NCBI GenBank assembly: GCA_951406725.2
Contig: OX597832.1
Coordinates: forward strand, 26,412,001-26,476,000
Direction of reading: 5' to 3'
Origin: Octopus vulgaris
Taxonomy: Eukaryota
Length of the DNA: 64,000 nucleotides
The notes beneath the pieces are model-generated. The model was not told the DNA's origin. It worked only from the letters and a program-made list of their open reading frames with translations, and did no database searches. Both the position numbers and the translations under genes were made by a program. The number at the start of each line of letters is the position of its first letter. Within the stretch, counting starts at the first letter, position 1. Below are positions 26,184 to 40,091 of this stretch, in pieces.

Positions 26184-26544
26184 ACATTTGTATGTCATGT
26201 CCTTGTGTGCTGTCTGCAACCAAAGCTGTAATTCAAGAATTTGGATATTATAACAATCAAGGAGTCTGCCCTTGAAGAAATTCGTTCTTATTGAATTGCC
26301 TGAAGGACTATAAGCAAGGAAATACATGGGGGTCCCTATATGCCCTTTTGGTGTAAATATCTAATTGTTAGGATGGTCACAATTAGACCCTCCTTACAAT
26401 TAGATGTTTAATGACCTAATTGTAAATATCTAATTAGATCTTTGTTCAACAGGGTTGGTCTATGACTCAAGTATAACAGCAACAATATATATAATCCTCA
26501 GTTAATCCTAAAACCATTATTATGTAAGTTAGATTATCTCATAC

Positions 26545-26621
26545 CTTGAAGTCTTTGTTTTCAACGGAGTTGCCATTGTTGGATTTCGACGCTTTGTAGT
26601 TTACCACTTCTTTCTTCAAAC
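26545..26621 (-). CDS. GCC2: GCC2 exon ((S)LKKEVVNYKASKSNNGNSVENKDFK)
   Basis: 77 nt, phase 1-0. Acceptor tttttag; donor AAG|gtatga. Completes an AGT codon with the preceding exon. Confidence 0.8.
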
Positions 26622-26679
26622 CTAAAAATTAATAATAAACAATAATAATAAGAATAATAATAATAATAATAATAATAAA

Positions 26680-27090
26680 AATATAGTTGTCAGAGATCAT
26701 GAAGAAAAAAAATGCTTTCTAATTGATGTATCACTACCAGCAGATGACAACGTGTCTCTAAAAGAAATGGAGAAACTTTCAAAATACAAAGATCTGGAAA
26801 TAGAGGTAACCAGAATGTGGAATCTGAAAACAGAAACAATTCCTATCATAGTAGGTGCATTAGGCATGATAAAAAAAATATTCAAACCAATACATAACAA
26901 AAACACCAGGACTTACAAACACATACAACATACAGAAAATTGCACTACTGGGCACTGCACACGTCCTACGCAGAACACTTTCAATACAGTAAAAGTAAGA
27001 GCATCACAACAAACCACAGCACATAGCCAAGGCACACAGAGCTGCGCTCGGTAGTGAAGTGAAAGCACGATATAAAAATAAAACTACTGA
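26680..27090 (+). mobile_element. 5'-truncated R4/Dong-like RLE retrotransposon in a (TAA)n tract
   Basis: CFLIDVSLPADDNVSLKEMEKLSKYKDLEIEVTRMW...PIIVGALG is a restriction-like endonuclease domain. 3' end aaaactactg-(AAT)n. Confidence 0.85.
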
Positions 27091-27941
27091 ATAATAATAA
27101 TAATAATGTGTAAAACAAAAGTGACATAATAATGAGAATTACCAACAAACTCTATTAATATAGATTGCCTGCCAAAAGGACAAAAAAAAAAAGAGACATG
27201 GACACAGTCTTGTAAATGCCAGCATTTTGTTCTGATAATGGGACATTAAGCTGTAAGGAAGGAAATCTATGTGGATAGGATGCAAGTCTGCCATAAGAAA
27301 TAAGCATTTTGTATCATCATCATCATCATCATCATTATTCTAATGTCTGCTTTCTCATGCTTGCATGGGTCAGACAGAATTTGTTGAGAGGGATTTTTCT
27401 AGACCCCCGGATGCCCTTCATGTCGCCAACCCTTACCCCGTTGCCAAGTAATTTCATATTTCCCCAAGGCCAGACATGTTTTTGCATAAGTTTGGAAATG
27501 ATGGACACTGCTTGTATGACGGGGACATTTGTTTACAACCACCATGCTATGTCAAGACAAAGAGACACAAACACACACATATACACGTGTATGTATGTCT
27601 ATACAATGGGCTTCTTTTAGTTTCCGTCTACCAAATCCACTCACAAAGATTTACTTGCCTTGGGGCAATAATAAATGACTGTAACCTCTGAGCAGTACCT
27701 CTTTCCTAATTTGTAATTATTGCATCCGTTAACTGGAAATGGCCATTGCAGATGGTCTTTACACGTGACAATAAATATTTCAGTTGGACTTTAGCAGGTT
27801 TTTGCTTCAATTATTCATGCAACCAACAAATTCACTCTTCATTCACCAGCTCAACATAGCAACCAACCACACAAAACAACACATCACGACATTGCCTTGG
27901 CAACATACACACACACAAACATATATATATATGTGCATATG

Positions 27942-27991
<50 letters not shown>

Positions 27992-28123
27992 TATATATAT
28001 ATCACTCACTCACTCACTGTGACCGACCAGGCTATCAGATGTTGCTACACATCACTGGTCACAATGCGCTTCGCATTGTTTTAGCCTTCAAATGACGCCA
28101 CCCCGCTGGCTAAGCGAGCAGGC

Positions 28124-28168
<45 letters not shown>

Positions 28169-28208
28169 CATCATCATCATCATCGTTTAACGTCCGCTTT
28201 GATGATGA

Positions 28209-28259
<51 letters not shown>

Positions 28260-28379
28260 TGTCACCTATTTCTGAGCATCTTTTAATATTTTGTATGTAT
28301 CACGTCTTTACATTATTGTTGTTGTGTATTTTCTTCGTTTTTTTTTATTAAATATATATATATATATATATATATACAC

Positions 28380-29065
28380 TTTTACTCTTTTACTTGTTGC
28401 AGTCATTTGACTGCGGCCATGCTGGAGCACCACCTTTAGTCGAGCAAATCGACCCCGGGACTTATTCTTTGTAAGCCCAGTACTTATTCTATCGGTATCT
28501 TTTTGTCGAACCGCTAAGTGACAGGGACGTAAATACACCAGCATCGATTGTCATGCAATGCTAGGGGGACAAACACAGACACACAAACACACACACGCAC
28601 ACATACATACATACATATATACACATATATACAACAGGCTTCTTTCAGTTTATATATATATATATATATATAGGTGTAGGAGTAGCTGTGTGGTAAGTAG
28701 CTTGCTTACCAGGTTCAATCCCACTGCGTGGCACCTTGGGCAAGTGTCTTCTACTATAGCCTCAAGCCGACCAAAGCCTTGTGAGTGGATTTGGAAGACG
28801 GAAACTGAAAGAAGCCCGTCGCATATGCATATATATATGTATGTGTGTAATTTTTGTTTGTGTGTCTGTGTTTGTCCCCTCAACATCGCTTGACAACTGA
28901 TTCTGGTGTGTTTACGTCCCCGTAACTTAGCAGTTCGGCAAAACAGACCAATAGAATAGGTACTAGGCTTACAAAGAATAAGTCCCAGGGTCGATTTGCT
29001 CGACTAAAGACGGTGCTCCGGCATGGCCACAGTCAAATGACTGAAACAAGTAAAAGAGTAAAGAG
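28380..29065. mobile_element. Inverted pair of family A SINEs (- 28380-28650, + 28674-29065)
   Basis: Both copies match the family A consensus in opposite orientations. Confidence 0.85.
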
Positions 29066-29474
29066 TATATACACACACACATACACATGCACACCTGTGT
29101 ATGGTTATATTATATCCCTATGCAAATTATATAATTGGACAGTAACACATCGATATACAGGTAGCTAAAGCAAATATTTGCTTTTTGTTATCAATTTTCA
29201 GATCTGCTGCTTTGGATGTGGTGTCTGATTCTGGGTTGCGGTTAGCCTGGTGCATTTGGGTTTGTGACAGATGTGGGTCACACAAGGACAGTTACAAACC
29301 AACTGAATGAGCAATCAAACAATTGATTAGCTAATTAGTTAACCAGTTGATTTGATTATATTGAAAGTGGGATGTAACCAGTGTGTGTGCTTTTATTGGC
29401 AAAATGATCCACCCAGATACAATAGCATGTCTTTTCAGATCAAGACTCTTGCTAAACAAATATAAAACCATGCA

Positions 29475-29522
<48 letters not shown>

Positions 29523-30586
29523 GTGTGTGGTTAAGAAGTTCACTTCTGAACAATGTGGTCTCAGGTTCAATCCCATTGTGTGGCACCTTGGGCAAGTGTC
29601 TTCTACTATAGCGTCACCCAACCAAAACCTTTTTCTCTTTCCATCTGCCAAATCCCCTCGCCAGGCTTTCTACAATAATAGATACTTGCCCCGGGTGCCA
29701 CACAGTGGGACTGAACCAGGAACCACTTATCTGTATTTATCTGCATTTACATAGTTTTTTATAAATTTATCCAATATAGCATAAGTGCCAGCATGGCTGT
29801 GTGGTAAGAGTCTTCTACTACAGCCTCGGACCGACCATAACCTTGTGAGTAGACTTGGTAGACTAAAAGATTTGGAAACTAAAAGAAGCCCCATCATATG
29901 TGTGTGTGCGTCTTTGTGTCTGTGTTTGTCCCCCCCCCACCACCACCACCGCTTAACAACCAGTTTTGATGTGTGTATGTTCCTGTAACTTAGCAGTTCG
30001 GCAAAAGAGACCAATAGAATAAGTACTAGCCTAAAAAGAAAAAAAATAAAGTCCTAGGGTTGATATGTTCAACTAAAAACCTTTGATGAGGTGCCCCAGT
30101 ATGGCCACAGTCAAACACCTGAAACACGATTAAAACAAAAAAAAGATAATCAACATTGTCTTACTTTATTACATCCCCAATCCACCTCCACACCCCTCCA
30201 CCCCCACCCCTGTTCTTAGGAGGTGAATGGCAGAGTTGGATTCTGATGTGATTTCAGCTCGAAACATAAAGAGCCACAAAGTTAAAACACTTCACAAGAC
30301 AAACTTATTTGGCGCTCTACCAATTCTGTCTCATTCAATCGCCTTCGATTCAGGGGGAGGAGGAAGAGGAGGAGGGGGAGGAGGAAGAGGAGGAGGGGGA
30401 AGAAGAGGAGTTGTGTTACATCATCTGCAAAACGGCGCCAACCACAAAGTTGGCAACATAATCAAACATATCAAAACTTCTCAGAACGGAAATGGTTTTC
30501 CAGTTACATTTAGTTATTATTATCATCATCATTATTATTATTATCTAGTTATTATTATTATCATTATTATTATTTAGTTACATTTA

Positions 30587-30627
<41 letters not shown>

Positions 30628-30630
<3 letters not shown>

Positions 30631-31100
30631 GGTGGTGAGCTGGCAGAATTGTTAGCACACCAGGTGAAATGCTTAGCAGTATTTCATCTGCCGTTACATT
30701 CTGAGTTCAAATTCCACTGAGGTTTGACCTTTACCTGTCATCCTTTCGGGGTCGATAAACTAAGTACCAGTTGCATACTGAGGTTGACTTAATCGACTGC
30801 CCCTCACCCACTCACCCAAAAATTTCAGGCTTGTGCCTAGAGAAGAAAAGATTATTATCATTATTATTATTATTGTTGTTGTTGTTAAGGTGGCAAGCGG
30901 CAGAATGGTCAGCATGCTAGACACAGTGCTTAGTAGCATTTTGCCTGTCCTTACGTTCTGAGTTCAAATTCCACCGAGGTAGATTTTGCCTTTCATCCTT
31001 TCGGGATAGATAAATTAAGTACCAGTTTCACACTGGGGTCGATGTAATCAACTAATCTCCTCCTCACAAAATTTCAGGCCTTGCGCCTACAGCAGAAAGG
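30628..31100 (+). mobile_element. Two tandem family B SINEs
   Basis: Same central domain with (ATT)n linkers. Confidence 0.8.
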
Positions 31101-31497
31101 ATTATTATTATTATTAGCATTACCATTATTATTATTATTATTATTATTATCATTACCATTATTATTTTTATTATTATTGTTATTATTATGGGCCTTGTGG
31201 CAAAATGTAAAACGATCATCATTATTATTATTATTATTATAATTAACAATGAAGATCATTTTATTTCTTAGAATGCTAATGATTTCCATTATTGTGCCAA
31301 CTTTCCACTGCCCTTACTGGCTACTGGAACAAGAACACTCCACACCCTGACCACCACCATCAACAATAACTTGCCAACTCATCACCACCCACCACCCTTT
31401 ACATCAAACAGCTACCTACACAGATTGCTGAGTTGCCATTAGTAACTAATCAATAATTGATCCTCGAGAAGACCCATGCTGATTCCATTGCCTAATT

Positions 31498-31530
<33 letters not shown>

Positions 31531-32240
31531 GTGAGTGTGTGTGTGTGTGTGTGCGTGTTTGAATTACTAATGAGATATTTACATTCGTAATATGTAGGTC
31601 AGCTAATGGCATTCATCGAAGTGTCAATCTATATAAACATGGTCTGTGTTTGTACAAGTATATGTAGACACACTTATATACATGCATATATAAACACATA
31701 AGTATATGTACATCCATATGCATCTGTCTCTCTGTGTGTGCATATGTGCGTGAGCATGTATGCATGTATGTCTGCCCGAAATGGTTGTGACCTTCTGGGA
31801 CTTGACTGATGAAAGAAAGCCACGAATGACCCATCTTTTTTTTTTGCCTGACCTTCTAATTGTTGTTGTCTCTTGTCCGCCTTTGGATCATCTATCTGTC
31901 CGAACATTTTAATACCCTCTACCGTGTTTTTGTTCCATATATATATATATATATATATATACATATGAATGTATGTATATATGTATATATGTATTTATAT
32001 GTATGTCTGTATGAGTTAGAGGTTAAGCAACCCTCTAAGGGATATTAAATATCCAACATACTACTGGATGTGTACCTATATATTTATAACCAAGTGATTA
32101 CTATTGCATGGCAATATTGCAATTGAATTTTAGGTATGGGTGGGGGTAATTTGGAAATTCACCCAGGATTTATAAGGTAAATAAGGAAATGGAGGGGATA
32201 TACAATTGACGATTTTATATCTTCTCCATTTTCTTTGCCT

Positions 32241-32331
<91 letters not shown>

Positions 32332-32699
32332 GTGTGTGTATGAATTGGATTGGATTGCCTATGTTCACTCCACTGCAAGACGAGGGCCTCAGGATGTTCT
32401 CTCTCCAACCACGGTCTGATGTGGAGGCCATGGTTGTGAGCACAAGATCATGATGGTTTGATGAGCATATCTACTCATCAGAGGGGCAACACAGCTTGGC
32501 ATTTGAGTGCAGTTGAGTCAAGTTGATTACACTGACCCCAGTGTTTAACTGTAAAGGGGTTGACATTAGGAAGGGCATCCAGCCATAGAAACCATGCCAA
32601 AACTGACAAATGGAGTCTGGAATAGCTCTCCAGCTTGCCAACCCCTGTCAAACCACCCAACCTTCTTCCTCCCTCTCCTGTGTGACCCCTTTGTCCAAC

Positions 32700-32890
32700 A
32701 TTCGCCATGATAGATCGCTAGCCACTACACATTCTTTATTTTCTCTCCTTGTTTCTTTCTGTGTTCCTTTCTGTGGAAGAGCATAGGCTCAAAACATTAA
32801 AGTCTTTTTCACTTCCCGAGCATTATACTAATACATCTGTTTGTTTTGTACACCACCTGTCTTCGTCTTTTGTTTTCTTTTATAAACTCT

Positions 32891-32893
<3 letters not shown>
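32700..32893 (+). mobile_element. Penelope-like terminus with a decayed hammerhead motif, abutting (TA)n
   Basis: CTTT CTGTGGA a GAGC atag GCTC aAAAC ATT AAAG at 32767-32802; element ends ctctccc-(TA)n. Confidence 0.45.
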
Positions 32894-32947
<54 letters not shown>

Positions 32948-33209
32948 TACACACATTTTGGAAGACGGAAACTGAAACAAGACCAAGGTGCCCGTGCGGA
33001 CCCACACACACAAGCATGTGTGTTCCACTACAACCTGACAACTGATCTTAGTGTGCATACAATCCTCGTAACTTAGCAGTTCAGCAAAAGAGGCGGACAG
33101 AATAAGTACCAGACTTAGAAAAAAAAAGTACCGGAGTCAATTTGGTCAACTAAAATTCTTCAAGGCGGTGCCCCAGCATGGCCACAGCCTAATAACTGAA
33201 ACAAGTAAA

Positions 33210-33250
<41 letters not shown>

Positions 33251-33778
33251 GTCCGATGACAGCATGGAAAACAGACATTATATGGTGATATATATATATA
33301 TATATATATATATCTGATATGTGCATATATATATAAAGTAACAATGAAACGCAATAACAATGACAGGCAGCAATCCGACCAGATACACATTAACCTTTTA
33401 TAATGAGCAAATGACTAAACACATCCAATACACACTACTGACATTATTTAGAACTTCAAGAGAAAACAGCCAGAGTAGCAGAAGGACAGACAGGGTTGCT
33501 TTTTGGGGTTTTTTTTTTTTTTTTTTTTTTGCTTTTTTTCTTTATAGCAAGCATTAGACTAGTTCCATGGTCTTGGCTCAAACAGCAAAAAGCTTTCTAT
33601 ATATATATATATATATATACAGAAACAGAATGCATGGGGGGGGGATAATAATGATAATGATAATAATAATAATGATAATAATAATAACAATACAAATAAC
33701 AAGAGAAATGACTGCTTCAGCAGTTTCAATTGTTAGTAATTGGCATTAAGTAACATGCAAATGAAAATATTTCAGTTG

Positions 33779-33813
<35 letters not shown>

Positions 33814-33846
33814 AACATATATATACATATGTGCATACATGTTTAC

Positions 33847-33885
<39 letters not shown>

Positions 33886-33912
33886 CACATTTCTACATAT
33901 GCGCATGTATAA

Positions 33913-33944
<32 letters not shown>

Positions 33945-33987
33945 GCGCATGTATATATATATACACACACGTTTCTACATATGCGCA

Positions 33988-34019
<32 letters not shown>

Positions 34020-34114
34020 TTCTTGTCACTTCCTGGGCATTTATGTCTGCAATTTACATAAAAGTATTTTTGAACACACACAACTCTGTAAATGTGTGCA
34101 TGTGTTTTGTTTAT

Positions 34115-34160
<46 letters not shown>

Positions 34161-34598
34161 CGTGCGTGCGCGTCTGTGTATACAATGTGCACATCCATGC
34201 ATGAAGAAGGTCGCTAGCAGCTAACCCAATCGATAAAAGCAAGTGTGATTTACATTCTGATTTGCAAGCTGAAGCCGTTTCCACTCAAAACTGTTTTAGT
34301 GCCATTGCAAATAAAAAGCATGAACACCACAGATTCCTACGTATGGCCATCACTGTAAAATGCCAAGTCATTGGACCGAAACAAGTAAAAAGTAAAAGAT
34401 ATCATCATCATCATTGTTTAACATCTGCTTTTGATGCTGGCATGGGTTGGACAGTTTGACAGGAGCTGGGGTAGCTAGAGAGGTGGCCAGGGTCCAATTG
34501 TCTGCTTTGGCATGGTTTCTACAGCTGGAAGCCCTTCCTAACACCAACCACTTTACAGAATGTGCTGGGAAATATATATATATATATATATATATATA

Positions 34599-34991
34599 CG
34601 AGGGTGAGTCAAAAAGTAATGCCATTTTGTTGACTGTTCTTTGAGCCACTTCTTCACTACCTCCACACTCACCAGATTTAGCGCCTTCAGATTATCATCT
34701 CTTCTGGCCCCATGAAAGAGGGTTTGAGAGGCAAACATTATTGCAGTGACGTTGAAGTGAAAACTGTAGTGAAGAAGTGGCCCAAAGAACAGTCAACAGG
34801 ATTTTACGGGGCAGGGATACATGATCTCATTCGAAGGTGGACCATTGCTATTGAGAGAAACGGTAACTATGTTGAGAAATAGGGATGTGATCCACAGAGG
34901 ACCAGCTTCATTTTGATGTATGATACATGTTCCTGTGTTGGTAATTATACCTGCCCTAAACAAAATGGCATTACTTTCTGACTCTCCCTTG
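34599..34991 (+). mobile_element. Internally deleted mariner element (393 bp)
   Basis: TIRs CGAGGGTGAGTCAAAAAGTAATGCCATTTTGTT and its near reverse complement; TA flanks. Encodes PPHSPDLAPSDYHLF...IERNGNYVEK* with a frameshift. Confidence 0.92.
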
Positions 34992-36704
34992 TATAAATAT
35001 ATAGATAGATAGATAGATAGAGATAGAGAGAGAGAAAGAGGGACTACGTGTAATGACAAAAAAGGTAGACCTCAATATTGTTGGGGATAGAGGACTATAT
35101 CTGTTACCCTTTAAGGCCGGGTGTGGCTTATTGACCCACTGCTAAATTGTGAAGAAGACGGGTCTATATAATCCACATTTGTGTTATAAGCTATTTGATG
35201 GATTATTGTCATGTATTTTTTCCTTTTTTTTTTTTGCATCCTGCATGACAAGACTTGCTATTTATACTTGACCTTAAAAGGATAAATAATAGAGACTTAC
35301 ATACAGGACTTTAAGTTTCTCTGTCAACAGTTCAATGCACTTCATCTTCTAAAGTCCGGTGCTCATAGCACCTGTAGTTAAGACACCTTTGCCAGTGACA
35401 CGTAAAAAGCACTGTCCAAACATGGCAGATGCCAGCGCCGCCCGACTGGCATCCGTGCCGGTGACACATAAAAGTACCAACCGTTTGCCAGCCACCTCTG
35501 GACCCTATGCCAGTGGCATGTAAAAAACACCCACTACACTCATGGAGTGGTTGGCATTAGGAAGGGCATCCAGCTGTAGAAACACTGCCAGATCAGACTG
35601 GAGCCTGGTGCAGCCTCCTGGCTTCCCAGATCCCGGTCAAACTGTGCAACCCGTGCTAGCACGGAAAACGTACGTTAAATTATGATGATGATGTGTGGGA
35701 GGGGTCTCCTTGTCCTCACATCACATTGTGGTTATGAAGAAGCATCACTGTTGTACAAAGTCTTGTTTGTTTCAATCTGCTTTCGATGCTGGCATGGGTT
35801 GGACGGTTTGACCGGAGCTGGGACAGCCATGGAGAAATATTACTTTGCTTGGAAACAGGGAAGGGTTGGTGACAGGAAGGGCATCCCAGCTGTAGAAAAT
35901 TGTGCCATCAACGAATTCCATCTGACACAAGCAGACATGGGGAAGTAAATGTAAAAAAACAATGATGACAAATGATGACTGCTACATCTACAATCATCAC
36001 CAACCATACTCAGGGAGTCACAGACCATCAGTGAACCAAGAAAGCCAAAGCAAAAAAAAAACCAAGTTTTTTATTTTTTTTTTTTTTAAGAAAATATCAA
36101 CACACCAAACCAAAACAAACTTCAAAAGCTTTTTTTAATTAGGTTAAAAAAAATTTCAAATATGTGACGATGGGGGGGGGAAGTTTAAAATAGCACTCAT
36201 ACAAAATATGAATTTCAAGAAATGAAACTGGGTCATTTGTTCTATTTACTAGCACTACTACTACCACCACCCTCACAACATCATCATCATCATCATCTAT
36301 AAACCTAATCTATAACCATCCCACTCTAGTCCTCTAATCAACAGTAAGTCCTTGATGACATACTGATAAACAGGTAAAAGTCACAACAGGTTCAAACTTT
36401 CTACTCAAGTCATCTCTTTCAGCTCAAGGATGTCATCACCCAACTCTCCATCTCACATATATATATCATCATCATCATCATCGTTTAACGTCCGTTTTCC
36501 GCGCTAGCACGGGTTGGACGGTTTCGACCGGGGTCTGGGGAGCTCGGGACTGCCCCAGGCTCCAGTCTAGTCTGGCAGTGTTTCTACATCTGGATGCCCT
36601 TCCTAACGCCAACCACTCCGAGAGTGTAGTGGGTGTTTTTTACGTGCCACCTGCACAGGTGCCAGAGGGGTCTGGCATCGGCCACGTTCGGATGGTGCTT
36701 TTTA

Positions 36705-37165
36705 GGGGGGGGGTGCAGAATATAGGGGAGCACCAGTGGGAGGGGTGGTTCAGAGGACAGGCTAGGCAAGTAGAACGTAGGATATCGAGAGGGTAATGCA
36801 TGGTGAAATAGGTGAAGAGGGGGTTCAAAGAGTAGACACCTATAATGGTGGTGGGGGTGCAGAAATATAGGGGAGCACCAGTGGGAGGGGTGGTTCAGAG
36901 GACAGGTTCTAGGCAAGTAGAACGTAGGATATCGAGAGAGGGGTAATGCATGGTGAAATAGCGTATTGAAGAGGGGGGTTCAAAGAGTAGACACCTATAA
37001 TGGTGGTGGGGGGGCAGAAATATAGGGGAGCACCAGTGGGAGGGGTGGTTCAGAGGACAGGTTCTAGGCAAGTAGAACGTAGGATATCGAGAGAGGGGTA
37101 ATGCATGGTGAAATAGCGTATTGAAGAGGGGGTTCAAAGAGTAGACACCTATAATGTTGGTGGGA
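36705..37165. repeat. Three tandem G-rich units of 145-155 bp
   Basis: Anchor caccagtgggagggg at 36731, 36876 and 37031. Confidence 0.95.
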
Positions 37166-37368
37166 GAAACGACATCTGGTATAGTTGGAGCAAAATAGAG
37201 ATATCCGGTATTGGTGGTGGGGGTGGGTAGGGCGGGCGCGCCGCGAAGAATCGGCAGCCAATTTCTAATCAGCCCTGTAAGGGAGATAGATCTTAAATAT
37301 CTATAACGATAACTAGTGAATTATACAGAATATGCAAAAACGAGGCGAGGCTGAAATAGTAAACAGAG

Positions 37369-37415
<47 letters not shown>

Positions 37416-38642
37416 ATGTATCATCATCGTTTAACGTCCACTTTCCATGCTGGCATGGGTTGGACAGTTTGACTGAATGCTGGCAAGTCAGAAGGCTGCA
37501 ATGAGTGAATGTGTATACGTGCATATATGTGCATGGGGGTGTGTGTGTGTGTGTGTAACATTAAGCTTCAAATGTTAAATTCTTAACGTTTTTTTAATAA
37601 AACTAAATTAACGGTAATTTCATCAAAGCCGTACATTGTAAACATCTTTGAGTGCCGGGACAAAATGAAAGCAATGTAACATATTCAACAAAATTTAAGG
37701 TATGAAGAATTTCAATAACACTTTACAACAAATTTCTCACATAACAAAACAAAAAAAAAAACTTTTTAAAAAAATAGCTAACATGATATGGCACTACTTT
37801 CAGACATATTGTAGTCAGCACTAGTTTGTTTTTTTATTTTTTATTAGTTTTCAAGTGTAATTCACATTATTAACATATTTTGCTGCTTTGTTTGCAACCT
37901 ACAAATACCATAAGACCTATGGTAACTGTTATAGATTTCTCATGGAGAACTATTCATTCTAGTATGGGATACAGGAGACAACAAAGCCCCCACCCCACCC
38001 CCGTGGGCAATAAAAAGAAACAGATGTAGGAGACAACAATAGCAACTAACACAACAGAAAAGTTGTAACAATACAAGCAGACGCCAGACAAAACGTCGAC
38101 CATTTGGGACAGAGATATTTTTTTGTTATCTATTATCTTTCAGTCATTTCAATCCTCAGACTGTGGCCATGCTGAAGCACCACCTCAAAAGAGTCTTTAA
38201 GTCAAGTAAACTGACGCCAGTGTTTATTGAAGTCCGGTACTTATTCTGTCAGTCTCTTAGGCCAAACTGTTTAATGCTTCCACTTTTCGGATACAAGAAA
38301 CAGCAATAGTAAGGACATTTGATTGTCAACAAAACAACTACAATAACAACGAGATAATCCTAACTTCAATATTATTGATTTCAGGTCTACAAGGCAGCGA
38401 GCTGGCAGAATCGTTAGCCCACCGGGTAAAATGCTTAGCGGTAATTTCGTCTATCTTAACGTTCTGAGTTCAAATTCTGCCAAGGTTGACTTTGCCTTTC
38501 ATCTTTTCAGGGTTGATAAATTAAGTACCAGTGAAACACTGGGGTCGATGTAAATCGACGTACCCCCATCCAACAAAATTTCAGGCCTTGTGCCTATAGG
38601 AGAAAGGATTATTATTATTATTATTTTTATTATTTTTATTAT

Positions 38643-39157
38643 TCAGTAGTTTTATTTTTATAGCGTGCTTTCACTTCACTACCGAGCACAGCACTGTGTG
38701 CCTTGGGTATGTGTTGTGATTTGTTGTGATGGTCTTACGGTTACTGTATTGAAAGTGTTTTACGTAGGATGTGTGCAGTGCCCAGTAGTGCTATTTTCTG
38801 TATATATATACATGTAAATATATATTTTCGAAGGTAGTGAGCTGGCAGAATCGTTAGCACACCGGGCGAAATGCATAGCCGTATTTCGTCTGCCGTTACA
38901 TTCTGAGTTCAAATTCCACTGAGGTCGACTTTGCCTTTCATCCTTTCGGGGTCGATAAATAAAGTACCAGTTATGCACTGGGGTCGATGTAATCGACTTA
39001 ATCCCTTTGTCTGTCCTTGTTTGTCCCCTCTGTGTTTAGCCCCTTGTGAGCAGTAAAGAAATATATATTTATTAGTCCTGGTGTTTTTGTTATGTATTTG
39101 TCCGAATATTTTTTTTATCATACCTAAAGCACCCACTATGATAGGAACTGTTTCTCA
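38643..39157 (-). mobile_element. R4/Dong-like 3' fragment interrupted by a SINE
   Basis: Reverse complement of the 26830-27090 sequence; SINE at about 38831-39060; (ATT)n flanks. Confidence 0.8.
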
Positions 39158-39615
39158 TTATTATTGTTATGGCCTCTTATAAAACTCAACTAAAAAAGGA
39201 CGAATTCAATTCAAAAATTTTATCCCTGTGTGTGTGTACACACCCACACGATGCCCCTTGATGTGCCATGTAGCTTGTTTCATTCGGTCTGCTTGCATAA
39301 CAAACAGGTTCCACTCCTATGTCACACATGAGTGGTAACTGGACATAACAAAAAAAGAATGAAAGGAATTAATCTATACAAACAATGGTTCTGACACTTG
39401 GCATTCAACCAAATTTGCAACAAAACAAAAATAATTTTTAAATAAAAACAAAATCAGTTCATTCAATCTAGCATGGGAAAAAGCAGATGTAAAATAGTAA
39501 AATACTATATATATATATATATATATATGCACACATATAGGTTTACATTTATGTATGTATGTATATGTATATATATGTGTGTGTGTGTGTATGTATGTAT
39601 ACATATGTATATATG

Positions 39616-40091
39616 AGTGCTGCCCTGGGGCAAGAGAGTGGCTGCTGGAAGACCCTATGATGGCAACAAGACTCTGCACCATGCCACACAAGCAAGAGAA
39701 CCCAGTCTTGGCTGTCAGACAATTTCTGTGACCACATCATCCCTAACGTCTGGCTACCTAACTCCCCAGTCTGCAACCCCTTTCATTATGTGTGGGGTGC
39801 AGTTGAGCGAGAGACCAACAGAACTCCTTGTAACACCAAAGATGAACTGAAGGCAAAGATTATGGCAGCATTCACCAACTTGAACAAGGAGACTGTCCAG
39901 AAGAGTTGCTGGAGATTCTGAAGTCGTCTGGAAGCCATGGTTGAAGTCAATGGTGATTTTATTGAATAAATTTACTCTTTAGGATTTCAAGATATTTTTA
40001 TGTAATTTTGGTAAATAATATCTGTTAAAATGAGACGTCAATGTGATTTTAATTTTTGCATAATTTAGACAACAGTTTATTCACCGCACTG
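39616..40091 (+). mobile_element. 3' half of a maT/DD37D-like Tc1-mariner transposon
   Basis: WQQDSAPCHTSKRTQSWL...WLPNSPVCNP...SRLEAMVEVNGDFIE* with frameshifts and a stop; ends ttattcaccgcactg. Confidence 0.8.
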
